Assembly (NCBI RefSeq): GCF_036321535.1
Contig: NC_087447.1
Span: forward strand, 35,652,001 to 35,716,000
Length of the DNA: 64,000 nt
Direction of reading: 5' to 3'
DNA from: Camelus dromedarius
Taxonomy: Eukaryota
The stretch's first letter is position 1; each line of letters starts with the position of its first letter. The translations under genes and the position numbers were made by a program. The notes below the pieces were generated by a model that saw only the letters and a list, made by a program, of their open reading frames with translations, was not told where the DNA came from and searched no databases. Shown here piece after piece: positions 39,521 through 52,179 of the stretch.

Positions 39521-40699
39521 AGGAGTGGGTGGTCTCATGGCCTTTGAATCTCTATGCATATAAACGAACTTCTTGAAAAATGTCATTAATGAAGATAGTT
39601 GTTATTGCTTCTAAACCGGGCAGTCGCATACATGATTAGACCTACATGCTGGGTCACATGTGCTCTTCCCAGGCCAGACTCAGGCTGTCTGCCTGGAGCA
39701 TGATCTTTTATGTTGAGCAATTACACATGACCTGCAGCAATATCGGCACAGAACACTACAGAAAGATTCGGTGCTTATTATAACCTTGAGTCTTTTCCTT
39801 TGACTTATACTCACAATGAGGAATGTAAATTGTTGTTATATTAGTAATTTAGTTTGAAATAAATATTTCTTCCTGCTTGTTCACGCCTCAGCAGGATACC
39901 TGGCACATAGTAGGCACTGAATAAATATTTCTTGGATGAATGAATCAATCAAACCCTGTAACTGAAATTGAGACTTCCAGGTGAGCTCTTTAAGTCCCTT
40001 ATCCATGCAAATCTGGATTCTTCTCAAACCTGAGCAAGCAAAGAAAACACAGAAATAAATTGGATTCTGAAATGTAAATGATTACAACTTTGCTTTTTGT
40101 GTTTTGTGTTTTGTGTTTTGTGTTCATAAAAACCACCTCAGGACTGTCATCAAGGTAGCTTTACAATAAGTTAAGTGTTATATGTGCAAATTTACCGAAC
40201 ACATTTAGTATTTTATCCCTTGTGGCTTAGAAATCTAAACTGCTTTGACAGGCTTTGATTTGTAACTTCACCTTCTTTGGTAATCAGGAAGCATGGTTTT
40301 AAAACGCATACACACTCTAGTGGTACAAGGCACTTGTATACTAGACTTCTGACTGGGATTTTGTTTGCTGCAAGATTTCTGCTGCTTGGAGTTTGGGAAT
40401 CACTGGACTTGGCGACCTTTACAGACCTCTCCAGACCTGGGCCCCTCGCCTGCCTGGGGTCACTCTCCTGGTTGTACCATCGCATCTTTTAGGAAACATT
40501 GACCAACATGACCGCCCCCCCTCCAACGACTGCTGAAAGATCAGGGAGAAAAATGTCCACCCTGGGCTCTGGGACTTCTTAGTCCTAGTGCTGGGTTAGG
40601 CGCAGGGAGGGAAAAGCAGAAAGAGTCCAAACTCTTGTATGGTAGAGTCTAGTGGAGGGGGTCCTTTGGAGTCACGGGTGCAAGACTTATTCTGGGAGA

Positions 40700-41400
40700 G
40701 GCCAATGGCAAGGGGCTGAGGGCCCTATGGAAGGGGCGCCCCCACCCTGCACCTCTCCCTCCATCTGAAGGCTGAGCAGAGTGGTGGGCTGTGCGGTCTG
40801 GGGCAAGGGCACATCTCAGCCCGGGCCCTGGTTCTCCAGTCTTCCCAGTGAGGGGCTCCTCTGGCAGTTGGTGGGGAGGGAGAGTCCCTTCTCTCTCCAC
40901 CCTTTCCAGTCCTCCCTCCCCAGCTTCCTTGGCCCGCCTGCCTGGGGCTATAAATGGAGAGCCAGCCTCTGGGCAGGAATGCAGGCCTGGCTGGGTCCCA
41001 CAGCATTGCACCCTCAGGGAGCAGCCGGCCCCAGGGCTCCCGGCAGCCTTTATATATATATATATAGCCTCTGGAAACCCAATCCAGCCTGCACCTGCCC
41101 TGGTCTTCAAGCACCCTGCCCCTGCATAGGCTGGACCTGTGGCCTTGTCCCCCGGGGTTGGCACAGGCTACACATCTAGCTGGGGGATGGGATGGGCCAC
41201 AGGGCCAGAAGGTGAAAACGAGAGGGCCAGGTGGGGCAGGGCCAGCCCCGGGTCCCCTGTCTTTCTCCAGGCTTTCCCTTCCTGCCCCTGTTCTACCTTG
41301 AACACCCACTTCTGTCCCTGGCCAAACTTGCTCCCTGCCGGCCAACTGGATATGGATCCTACCCTGGGGCCAGTCTGGGTTGGTCAAGAGGGTAATAGAT
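40700..41400. promoter_or_regulatory. MYOD1 distal regulatory region (DRR); source locus of DRR eRNA/MUNC in mouse
   Basis: About 4.8 kb upstream of the TSS. Divergent CArG CCATTTATAG (minus, 40948-40957). E-boxes at 40762, 40865, 41092 and 41343. (TA)8 at 41051-41066. Boundaries approximate. Confidence 0.8.
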
Positions 41401-41674
41401 GTCCTAGATTCAAGCCCAGGGTTCCAGAGAGTCACTACAGATGGCCATACTTCTCCCTTTGGGGTACTCCCCAGCTTCCCATGTACAAGCAGGGCTTGGG
41501 AGTCTAGTGGATGAACTGGGAGTTGGAGAAAAGGGGTCCACGTGGAGGGGGAAGGGAACAGGGAGACAACAAATGGCATGTGTACTCCCCCCACCCCTGT
41601 GTGCAGGGAGGGGCTGTGTGGGGCAGTGGTGGGGGGCACTGTAGGGGCGCATGCCCAGGGCCAGTCATCTGCTC

Positions 41675-42020
41675 TCTGATTCATTCACTCATTCAACAAT
41701 ATTAGGCAGCATGTTCTGTGCCAGGTGCTGGAAGTACAGCTGAGAACAAAACAGTCAACGTTCCCTGCCCTTGTGGAGCCGATATGCCAGCAGGTAAGAC
41801 TGACAGTAAACAATAAACATGCTGCTAAGTACATCATGGAATATGTCAGGAGGCTGAGAGATGTGAAAAGCAGAGCAGGGTGAGTGGAACTGGGACGCCA
41901 GGGCAGAATGAAATGGAGCGGTCAGGTAGGCACAGTGACATTTGCGCAAAGAGGTAAAAGAACTTTGAGAGCGAGCCACAAGCCCATCTCAGGAAGAATG
42001 TTCTGGGCAGAGAGAGCAGA
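41675..42020 (-). mobile_element. L2 3' end
   Basis: tcattcactcattcaacaatatt...ctgtgccaggtgctgg...cctgcccttgtggagc. Confidence 0.7.
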
Positions 42021-43224
42021 TCATTATTGAGCACCTTCTCTGGGACAGCTGCCTCCACCAGGAGCAGAGGACTGTATGGGGGATGAGACAGGCATGGCTT
42101 CTGCTGCTCTAGGAACCCTTGGCCCGAATGTCTGCTGCTGCGTGGTCTGGGTGAGGGCATTAGGGGTGGCATGAGATGGGACTCGAGGATGGCTTGGAGG
42201 GATGACTTGTGACCACAGAGTGAGGTGAGGATGAGATGCTTTGTGCACACAGAGACCCATGTACAGTGCATTGTGGGCACAGGGAAGTGGGGAGGGTATG
42301 GGGTGTGTCTGGGGTGAGCTTGGCCTTGTGGGAACAGAAACCCACGGAGGCCGCACAGTTTTTCACCCTGCCTGGCCCCTCACTCCAAGTGCCCTGTGCA
42401 CCTCCCTGCATGGATACCTCAGTCTCGGGCTCTACCTCCCACTTCCAGCTTCTTCTCCAGGGACTTTGAGCCAGGGGAGGGCAATTAGCAGGAGCCGGCA
42501 CTATTTGACAGAGGCCAGGAAAGCTGAGCCCCAGTTTAAGAGGTACCTGATGATTCTGGAAAGACCTGAGGACTTCATCCATTCAGTTTCTTTTCTTCAA
42601 GCTTATCCTTTATGTAATTAAAGCCTTTTCTGCCTCACAGTTGAGTACAGGGGTCTTTGTGGGCCTAGATTTCTGGAGTCTAAAGTACAAACTTGCTCTG
42701 GTTTCCTAAACTGCACAAATAAGGTGACAATAGCTTAATGACTAGAAGTGTTAAGGCAGGCAGGGTTCAGGAAGGTGCTAATTTTTCTTCCAGCCTAATG
42801 GCATTCGGTTCTTGGGGTGAGGAGAGCTGCATGAAGGAGAGTTTACCACCTCCATTGAACAAACAATAAAACAATACATTTTTTAAAACAAATGCAAGTA
42901 TAACTTGCAGCATGAAGGATTTAAGAAATAACATCACCAAAGGATAGCATCTCCTCAAAAAGCACGTTGTCCTGGAGCTAAGACAGCGTGGATGCAGGAG
43001 GAGGAGGAGAAGGCCTCTCCAAGTCTCCGCCCACTCCATGCACATAAGGATTCGTGAAAAAACAGACGTCCCTCTCTCTCCTCTGCCTAGGACACTTCAC
43101 AGGAGGTTGTGCCAGCGGTCCAGTGTCTGGGCCCAGGACAGAACTGACTGGCACGTTTCCTTGGAAGGACCGTTTGCCCTCACTCCCATCCCTCCCCGTG
43201 CCTTCGTGGCATGTCGTGGGCATG

Positions 43225-43590
43225 TGCACCTCATAACCTGTGGACACCCTCACAGTGCTCACCTCACACACCGAGTATATCCGTCACACCGTGTGCACTT
43301 CACAGCCCTGGACACCTCACACCATGTACACCTCACACTCTATGTACACTTCACACACTGTACACCTTATATATCATATACACCTCACATTCTGTTTCTA
43401 CCTCCCACACCGCGGACACCTCACACATCCATATATCTCATATACAGGACAAATCCTCCACACTGTGTCCACTCTTCACACCATGTCCACCTTACACCCA
43501 TTACGCATCATATACAATTAACCCTTCATGCTCCACGTGTATCTCACCCACGTGTTTGCCTTACACACTGTGTACCCCTCCCTTCCAGAA
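43225..43590. repeat. Degenerate minisatellite, about 16-18 bp unit (approximate consensus CACCTCACACACCGTGTA)
   Basis: Recurring cacctcacac...tgtacac units, roughly 20 copies. Confidence 0.7.
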
Positions 43591-46500
43591 CACACTTGTG
43601 TCCCACGCTGCTTGTATTCTGTGTTAGGCGCACAGCTAAACCTTCCTCCCCTATGAACACTTGCCGCCACCTATGTGCCTAAATGTCCCCTGCTCCACCA
43701 AGAAGAAAAATTCTAAGGGACATATTGGCTGTGGCATCCACCTCTTCTTTGCAGTTTCTGATTTGAACTTTTTAAGCTGAATCTTCCTGCCTAGAGGAGG
43801 TCAGGTCTCCATGTAAAGGCTGAAGGAGGAGCAGCTCCGGGCTGTGGGGAGAGCTGGTGAAAGGAGCCTGGGGATGGGGACGATGCATGTGACAGGATCC
43901 AGTGGGCAGCTGTGGAGGCCTGGGGAGGGGCCTCAGCTCCCCACCCCTCTCCCATTGCCTCTTTTCTGCCTAATCAGCCCACCTGCCAGCCTAGGGGGTT
44001 CCAAGGAACTGGGATTAAGGCACACACAGCCGTTGGGCTCCAGGGACAGACACCAGTTGCTGCCCCCAGCAGCTGCTCCAGCCACACGCCTCTGAGGGAA
44101 GGTCGGGTGCCTTGGGGAAGCCTGATTCTCTCCCTAAAACCTGCCCACCCCTGGCCAGTGGCACCCAGGCCAGGGGGTTTCTGGCAGAGAAATAAAAGGC
44201 AGAGAGCCTCCTGACTGGTACTCAAGCTGCCCAGGACATTTGTCATCTGCCTGTCCCTGTTTCCTATCCTGCCACCTCCATGAAGCCCTCCTGGATTTCC
44301 CTTTGGCTTGGGAACGTGATTTATGGCCCTTGAGCCCCAACAGGCTTACCTTCCATACATTCCCTTCATTCCTTAAGTATTCACTCTGTTTGCAGGCTCC
44401 AGGCTAGGCTCTGCAGGGCACCTAAGGCTGATTCAGACCAGGTCTCTGGCCTCTGGGAGTTCCACCTAGCGGGGAGAGGAAGACCCACCAATGAATGATC
44501 AAAACACCCAGAGTGGGCAACAAACTCTCCTGTACATTCCTGTGAAGACTTCCCCAAGGAGAGTGCGTTGGGACCCTTCTTCTTGGGGGTATTGGAGGAG
44601 AAGTAGACGTGCCCAGCCAGGGAACTGGAGGGAAAGTCATTCTAGGTTTAGAGAACAGCCTGCGCCGAGGCCAGAAGGCATGACAACATGCCGTCGGATG
44701 TCTCCGTGTGGCTCATACAACGTGGGGCCCCTCTGACCATCTGGGGCCTGCAGCCTCCGATCCCAGTGGGGTAACCGGGCCCCGTCTGAGGAGAAGGCCA
44801 CCGGTTTCCCAGGCAGGACAACAGATTAAGTCAAGGGTAGAGGGTGGTGTGAGGAGAAATTGCAGGGGGTGAACAGCGACCTTGTACAGCAGAGAGACGC
44901 TGGACTGGAGCCCAAAGACCAGGGTGGTCACCCCTGGCTGCCAGCTACTGTGCGGCCCTCCCAGAGTCCTTCCGCGTCCCTTCCTGGGTCTCACTGTCTC
45001 CACATGAAGATGGAGATATTGGACTCCCGGCCCCACTCCATTCAGGAAAGGGTCTTGCTGGAGTCCCTGCTTCTCCCTGGCCTCCCAGCCTCCCTTCTCA
45101 GCATGGAGGACAGAGGCCTGTCTTTGACCCACCTTCTTGGCCCAGCATGGGGCCAGGGATGAGTGAAACAGAAACCTGAGTGAGGCTGGGGCCCAGCATG
45201 AGTTGCAGAAGCCTGTTTCTCAGACTGGAAAGGCAGTCAACTCAGAGGTCCCCAGTCCAAGGACCATGAATGTCACAGTCTTCTAATTCTCCTGCAGATG
45301 CGGCACAACCTCTCTCTGGCCCTGTCTGAACTTGGCCTTGGAGAATATGGTCTGGCTCTTGTGTGACACTGAGACTGGGTCACCAGTGCTGGGGGCTGTG
45401 TTCCCAGCGTCTCCACTAAACTAAGGGGTCAGATCAACCGGGACTTAAATGCTGGTTCTGCCTCTCACTTCCCTCTCAGAGCCTCCCCTTTCCGAGCTGT
45501 CAAACACGACTCGTCCTAGTGCCTGTCTCACAGGACAGTGAGGGAGCAAACGCCAAGGTGTGTGGTGGACTTGAGCAGAGACTGTGTCCCAGTGCTCAGA
45601 AGGAGCCTGGGGATTTTTCCTGCTTTGCATGCTCTCCTTTTGGATGGAAGCTATGAGCAAGCAGTGGGTGGGGCGAGGATGGGGCAGTTGGGGCCCAGCC
45701 TGGTTATTCTGGGCCGAACCTCTTGGAGCTGGGGGCTGTGGTGCGTGCAGGGCGGCTGGAGTGTGGGTGACCATGTAGCCCATGAAGTACTGTCTGCTGC
45801 AGTGGGCGTCGCCGCCTCCACCGTGCACACGGGCAGCCTGCCAGTCGCCCCCAAACAAAGCCTGGCCCGGGGGGAGAAGAGCGGGCCGATGACAGATGCA
45901 GAGAGGCTGGTGCAGGCTGGTGCAGGCAGGGCCAGGGGCCAGGGCTGGGAGAGGCCCGAGGAGATGGCTCTGTGGAAGGCACCCCAGAGAAGGCTGAGGC
46001 CCAGCAGAGCTTACTCTGTGGCGAGGGTCCCTGCTCCACCCCAACACCAGTGACATTCATCCCCATTGTATACTGTAGATATCTAAGGCCCCGGGTTCTA
46101 AGCAACTTGTCCAAGGCTCACGAATGCATAGCTGTGGAGACTCTGGGATGGGAACTCTGGTCTCTTGGCTCTACGTATCTGGCCAACTCTTGGAAGCCGA
46201 CCTTGGAGACGGGACAATGGATTTGACAGCTTCTTGAGGCTCCTTTATGCGGGATTCTCTGAGTGGATAAGGATGAATTTGCCCCCACTTCGTCATGCCC
46301 TTGAAGCAGGGACACCCTCACGTGGTGGACACAGGCAAATGCAGCGTCACCAGAGGCTGCGCTGATTTGGTGTCTCTGTGGTCAAGAGGTGGCCACCTCT
46401 GCCCTGACATCTGAACTCTGACCCACCTGGCTCAGGAGTCTTGGCTCTCACTGTTCCCTCCTTAGCTATTTTGGGATGGGGGCTCAGCGTGGGCTGGTTC

Positions 46501-46644
46501 TGGGAACTAGAGAGAGGCAGGGGAGGTGGGGAGAACAAGAGCAAGATGTCTGGTCTTGGGGTCTTGCTGGGCCCATCAGATATGCTCCCTGTCCATTCGG
46601 GCCCTCCCCTACCTCTTCTCTTCCCAGCTGAACCTTCTTTCTTT

Positions 46645-47130
46645 CATTTTTAAACAATTATGAATAATTTCAAACATAGAAATAGACACAGCAGAATGAG
46701 TCTGTTACCAGCTCTGACAATCATTAACCCGTGTTAAAACCTCACCAGTTAACACACTGCCCACTTCCTCCCCTCCTGTTATCTTGAAACAAATTTCAGA
46801 TATTATATCATTTCACTCGTATATATTTGATTATGTATTTCTAAAAGATCAGAACTTTTGTTGGCCTAAGTACACTACCAACAGCATACTAAAAAAAATA
46901 ACTAATTCCTTTTAACATAAAATATCCAAGTAGTAATCAAATTTCCAGTTATCTCATATATGTTTTTATTTGTTTGTTTGAGTCATGATCCAATCTTTTA
47001 ATTCTCTATAAATTTAAACATTTCTCCTCCATATCTTTTTCTTTTGTAATTTATTGAAAAAAAAAATTGAGTTATTTGTCCTGCATTTTCTTACAGTCTG
47101 GAGTTTTCTAATGGAATCCCTATGGTGTGG
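46645..47130 (-). mobile_element. Old L1 (L1M/L1ME) 3' fragment
   Basis: AT-rich; aaatttcagatattatatcatttcac...aatatccaagtagtaatcaaatttcc. Confidence 0.6.
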
Positions 47131-47364
47131 TTTTGTTTTGTTTTGCATATTTATATAATTTTTAGCCTGAAACACGACCAACTAGCAGAAGACTACATTT
47201 TCCAGATTCCCTTGCAGCTATCTGCGGCCATGTGAATAAGTTCTAATCCATGGGTTATGAATGGAAGTAATTTATGAACAATTTCTTGGTTATGTCTTCT
47301 CTTCTCCTTTCCTCTTCCCCATTGGTTGGAATATGGGTGAATGGCAGGAGCTGGAGTAGCCGTC

Positions 47365-47750
47365 TATAGTAGACAGATGTCTACTAGGGGCCGCCAGAAA
47401 TGTCCATGTTCTAATCCCCGAGCCTGTGGATTACACGGCAAAAAATGACTTTGCAGATGTGACTAACTTAAGATCTTGCTGGGGAGATTATCCTGGATTA
47501 CCTAAGTGAGCCCAGTGTAATCACAAGAGTCCATAAAGGAAAAGACAGAGGCAGGAGAGTCAGAGTCAAAGAAGAAAATTGTGATTGGAAAGTATTCTCC
47601 TCAAGAGCCTTCAGAAGGAATGCTGATCTGCCACCTCCTTGATTTTTAGCCCTGTTAAGACCCAGGGCTCTTTTAAAATAATGAGTATGTGTTGTTTTAT
47701 ACCACTAAATTTGTGGTAGTTTGTTTCAGCAGCAATAGGAAACTAATACA
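47365..47750 (+). mobile_element. MLT1D-like LTR nested in an older MLT1 LTR (about 47170-47935)
   Basis: gactttgcagatgtga...ggggagattatcctggatta...gtttcagcagcaataggaaactaataca; both flanks read as one older MLT1. Confidence 0.75.
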
Positions 47751-48254
47751 GACATTTTAGGTCATGTGATGGAAGTTATTCATTAACGATCACAGAGCAA
47801 CAAGACAGAATGAAGCTGGGTTCCCAGTATTTTTAAGCTGCTATAACACCTCCCTAGAATTTTATGTAAGAACAAAACAAACTGCATTTTTAGGTGTCTT
47901 TGTTGTGACAGCAGCTTAAATTCTATCCTAATTAGTATGCATATCTACTGCATGCCTGGCAATGACATGGGTCCTGACAAATAAAACGTATAATGCACGT
48001 GGGAAGTGTGGTGGCTGAGATATGCCCAGGAGACTATGTGGATATAAACAAAGGAGACAAGAATTATTTGTTGGGTGAAGCTGTCTGCTGCAGGGTATGC
48101 AAGGATAGTTTTCCTCATTTTGCAGAGAGGCTAAGAGGCTGGGAACTCTCCCCCGGGCTAACAGATGGTGTGCCCCTGAGACAGAAGCAGAGATTCTCGG
48201 GTAACCTTTAGGGAAGACAAAAAGCAAGAGCCACAGGAAGGGAAGCAGTGGGAG

Positions 48255-48500
48255 AGATGTGGTTAAGCCTGTGGGCTCTGGGAGTCACACTGCCTGGGCT
48301 GTTCTCCTGACTCTGCCACAGACCAAGTGACTTTGGCAAGTTCCTTAATCTTTCCGAGCCTCACTTTCCACATATGAAAAGTGGAGGTATTAATTTACAT
48401 TGTCCAAGTGCTGTTGTGGATATTAAGTAAAAGTACATATGAAAAGTGGATCCAAAGCACAGAGCTGGGAACATGGTAAGGACCCAATGAACAGTGCTAT
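48255..48500 (+). mobile_element. MIR SINE
   Basis: gtggttaagcctgtgggctctgg...ttggcaagttccttaatctttccgagcctcactttcc. Confidence 0.75.
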
Positions 48501-49544
48501 GCTTCAGGTCTCACCTGTCCACAATTCAGTGGTTGGACCCACCTACTGAATGATAGAGAGATCCAGCACCCCTCAGTCTCTGTGGATTGCCAATATTTAA
48601 GCTTGGGTCACTCACACACAGACTTTCAGAATAGTTACAGCTGCCATTTAATAGCCCTGCCCAAGAAAGGGAGGAAGAAGTGGGGGGGTCTGCCTGCCTG
48701 CCCCCTCCTCCGCCACCTTCTCTTTGGTCCTACATGCTCCTAACAGGGAGCAACTATCAGCAAAACTGTAGGATCCAGGTGTAATTCTGCTAAAAATGTT
48801 TCCCAGAGGCAGCTCTCTGATGACTCTCACCTCCAATGGCTCTCAGGAAGAGGGGCAGTTTTATCACTTGTTGCAAATTTTTCCCATTAGCTTAGCTCAC
48901 TCATGCACTCTTTCAACAAACAATGCATTATTACTCAGTGCCCAGCTGTGGAAGATGCAAAATTGAACCAGTCTTGGTTTTTTCCTTTAAGTCTCTAATG
49001 TTTGAGGGAGGAGGACAGATGGGGAAACATTTCCTGAACCCAGAGGGCAGAATGAAATTAGTGCTACTGGAGGGGCAGTCTCAATCCTTGCACTGAACGA
49101 GAATGACCGGTGGGAGGTCATCATGAAATGACGCTTTTTGTGTGTGGGAGAAGGGTCTCCCGCCATCCCTTTAAACCTGCCCTTTGGCATGGTAGCTCTT
49201 TTCCTGATCCTAGATGAAAACTTGGGCCTTCTCCCCAAAGAAAATCCTCCCTCAAACACTTAACACCCTAAGATGACTGGTTCTCAGCCTCCTGGTTAGA
49301 AATGCTTGCATCTTTATTTGGGATCTCACTTTGGAATCTGCCTCAGTGAGAACTGCCTAACATCTTCATCGTAAGTGACTCAAAGTGGAGACATGGAGAA
49401 AGGGCTAGCGAATACCTTGGCTGGAGTGGGAGGAGGGGAGTGAGGAAGGTTCTCAGAGAGATGAACAGAGAGCGAAGGAAGAGCATTTTAAGCTGAAGGA
49501 CCAGAATGGGCAAAGGCAGAGAGTTCTAAACAGGCAAAATTTTA

Positions 49545-49698
49545 GGAGTGGGGAAGGTATAGTTCAGTGGTAAACATGCGCAAGGTCCTGGATTCAATCC
49601 CCAGTACCTCTGTTTAAAAAACCATATATCTATATATATGCACACGTATACCTAATTACCTTACCCCCCCCAAAAAAAAACAAAAAAAGTAAATAAAA
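49545..49698 (+). mobile_element. Camelid tRNA-derived SINE (vic-1-like), internally deleted
   Basis: ggggaaggtatagttcagtggta...ggtcctggattcaatccccagtacctc plus A tail; near-TSD aggcaaaatttt (49532-43) and aggcaaagtttt (49699-710). Confidence 0.8.
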
Positions 49699-49724
49699 AG
49701 GCAAAGTTTTTAATGAAAGTTTAG

Positions 49725-49862
49725 GAATAAAACCTAAATTTGACAATGAATATATGTATGTTTATGTATAACTGAAAAATTGTGCTCTACACTGGAAATT
49801 GATACAACATTGTAAACTGACTATAACTGAATTTTTCAAAAAAGTTTAAGTAAATAAATAAA
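49725..49862 (+). mobile_element. Lineage-specific L1 3' end
   Basis: gacaatgaatatatgtatg...gaaaaattgtgctctacactggaa...acattgtaaactgactataact plus A-rich tail. Confidence 0.7.
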
Positions 49863-49949
49863 TTTGAATCCCAGACCTGCCACTAATGGCTGTGTGTGTT
49901 TTGGACAGACTACTTAATCACTTTGTGCTTCAGTTTCCTCACCTAAAAA

Positions 49950-50550
49950 AACGGTGTACCAAAACTTGGAAGCAACCAAGATGTCCTTTAACTGGGGAAT
50001 GGAAAAATAAACTGTGGTACATCCAGACAATGGAATATTATTCAGTGCTAGAAAGAAATGAGCTATCAAGCCATGAAAAGACATGGAGGAAACTTGAGTG
50101 CATATTGCTAAGTGAAAGAAGTCAGTCTGAAAAGGCTATATGCTATATGATTCCAACTATATGATATCCTAGAAAAGGCAGAATTATGGAGACAGTAAAA
50201 AGATCAGTGGTTGCCAGGGGTTATGGGGAAGGGAGCAATGAATAGGCAGCGCACAGGGTTTTCAAAGCAGTAAGACTATTCTTTTTGAAACTATAATGGT
50301 AAATGCATGCTATTATATATTTACCTAAACCCACAGAATGTAAGACACCAAGAGTGAACCCTAATGTAAATTCTGGCCTTTGGGTGACTATCAATGTGCC
50401 AGAGTAGGTTTACTGATGGTAACAAATGCAGCACTCAGTGTAGGATGTTGATAGGGAGGTTGTGTGTGTTGGGGAGACGGTGGGTAGATGGGAACTCTAT
50501 ACTTTCCACTCAATTTTGCTGTGAACCTAAAACTGCTCTAAAAAATAGTT
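49950..50550 (+). mobile_element. L1MC-like 3'UTR
   Basis: ggaagcaaccaagatgtcc...gagctatcaagccatgaaaagacatggagg...tgtgaacctaaaactgctctaaaaaa. Confidence 0.85.
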
Positions 50551-50567
50551 TATTTTTTGATAAAGGT

Positions 50568-51090
50568 GTGTATCTATTATCTATTCCCATGATAATGCAA
50601 TGTAATGATCCACCCCACAACCTAGTGGCTTCAAACAATAAGGATTTATTTATTTTTTATTTATTATTTATACCAGTCTGCAGGTTGGCTATTTAGACTG
50701 GGCTGTTCTGGGCTCAGCCAGGCTCACTCACCTATTGTGGCTGACTGGCTGGCTCTTGGTTGCTCTGGGCTAGCCTTGACTGGGCTGACTTGGACAAGTC
50801 AGCCCTTCTCTACGGGTCTCTCATCCATTGTACAGCAGGCTAGCCTGGGCACATGTTCACAGTGATAGAACTGGTGCAAAAGTGCAAGCAGAAGCACACA
50901 AGCGCTTTTCCAAACCTCTGCTTGAGTCATGTATGTTTATATCCCTTGGGGCCACAACAAGTTACAGGATTGAACTGAGAACTGAGGGCTGGAGAAATAT
51001 GCCTCTTGATGTGAAGAGCTGCAAAGTCAAAGGGTGTGCATACAAGGAGGAGTGAAGAATCAGATCTGTTAACGTAGTCGGTCTATCACA
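50568..51090 (-). mobile_element. MLT1 (MaLR) LTR
   Basis: tgtatctattatctatt...ctagtggcttcaaacaataagg...gcaggctagcctgggc. Confidence 0.65.
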
Positions 51091-52179
51091 TGAGGACAAT
51101 AGTACGCCTACCCCACAAAGATCAGGTGTGGTCAGATACCTGCAGTTAACGTAGGCTTGCCTGGCCCGTGATGGGAACTTAAAAAGTGGTTAGTTTCTCC
51201 TCACCACAGGAATCCTAGGCTATTTCTGGGACTTGTCGGATAGAATAGAAGATGTCAAGAACTGCTGGAGACACAGCAGCAAAGGGTCACGCAGGATCTA
51301 TACTTTGCTCAGTAGAGCTGCCAGCGGGCCCCTCCATCATGTGGCTGCTATGACTGGTTCTCGAGTTTGCTCTTCAGCCGTAACAAGCACGATGCCACTG
51401 GTTGGCAGACATCCACTCATCATTTGCAACGTTATATTCATCTGAATAGATTCCTACCAAATGAGAGGAGTCGCCAAAAGCCTTTCAAACCATTAGCTTC
51501 CCTCCTACTACACAGGGAGGAGTCCCTGACGAGTACAAGTGGATTCTCCTGCCTTCTGAGCGATCATGATGATGACAATAATAATATTCATAGATCTTAC
51601 CTACTAAGCAGGCAAAACAGAACCTCATCTGATTCTCACATTAACCCACCAAAGTTAGCACTAGCGCTAAGCCCACTTTACAGCTGAGGGAACTGAGGCT
51701 CAGAGAAACCGTTCAGCTAACAAGTGGCAGAATTGGGACTTGAACCCAAGTCTCTACAACTCTAAGGCCAATACTCTTAACTCCTTCACTTTTTCTCCCT
51801 TAAGAGTCTTGTATTTATTCTGCTGAAGTCAGAGACCCCTTGACATTTGTGTTACTTTCTGCGAGCCCCCTTCAGCCGTTCCCTACAGGCGGCATGTCAC
51901 ACACTGACAAGGAACAGCAGCTCTGCAGGGAGGGGGTCATGGCTGCAGGGAATTTTACCAGGTCTGTAAAGCAAGGGACCCCTAACTGTACGTCTGTCCT
52001 CTCCCTGCTCCCAGAGTTACACTTGAAACCTCGCCCTTCCCTTGAAGGCCAGTGCCCGCTGGTCATTCCTGGGGACAGCCTGAGGTCTTGGCCAAAGCCA
52101 AGGCATGGAACTGGCCCGACCTCTCATGGCTCAAATCAAGGGGTCAGTGAGGAGCAGGACTCCAGGAGGGAAGACAGGG

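Noticed and set aside
42027..42053. RE1-like TTGAGCACC-N7-GGACAGC
   Set aside because: Mismatch in the invariant left-half core, and at an L2 edge where TGAGCACC is a common word.
43225..43590. Repeat array as possible CRISPR-like structure
   Set aside because: No conserved repeat/unique spacer alternation; mammalian DNA; no cas genes.
46385..46400. Perfect 16-bp palindrome agaggtggccacctct
   Set aside because: About one such palindrome is expected by chance in 64 kb.
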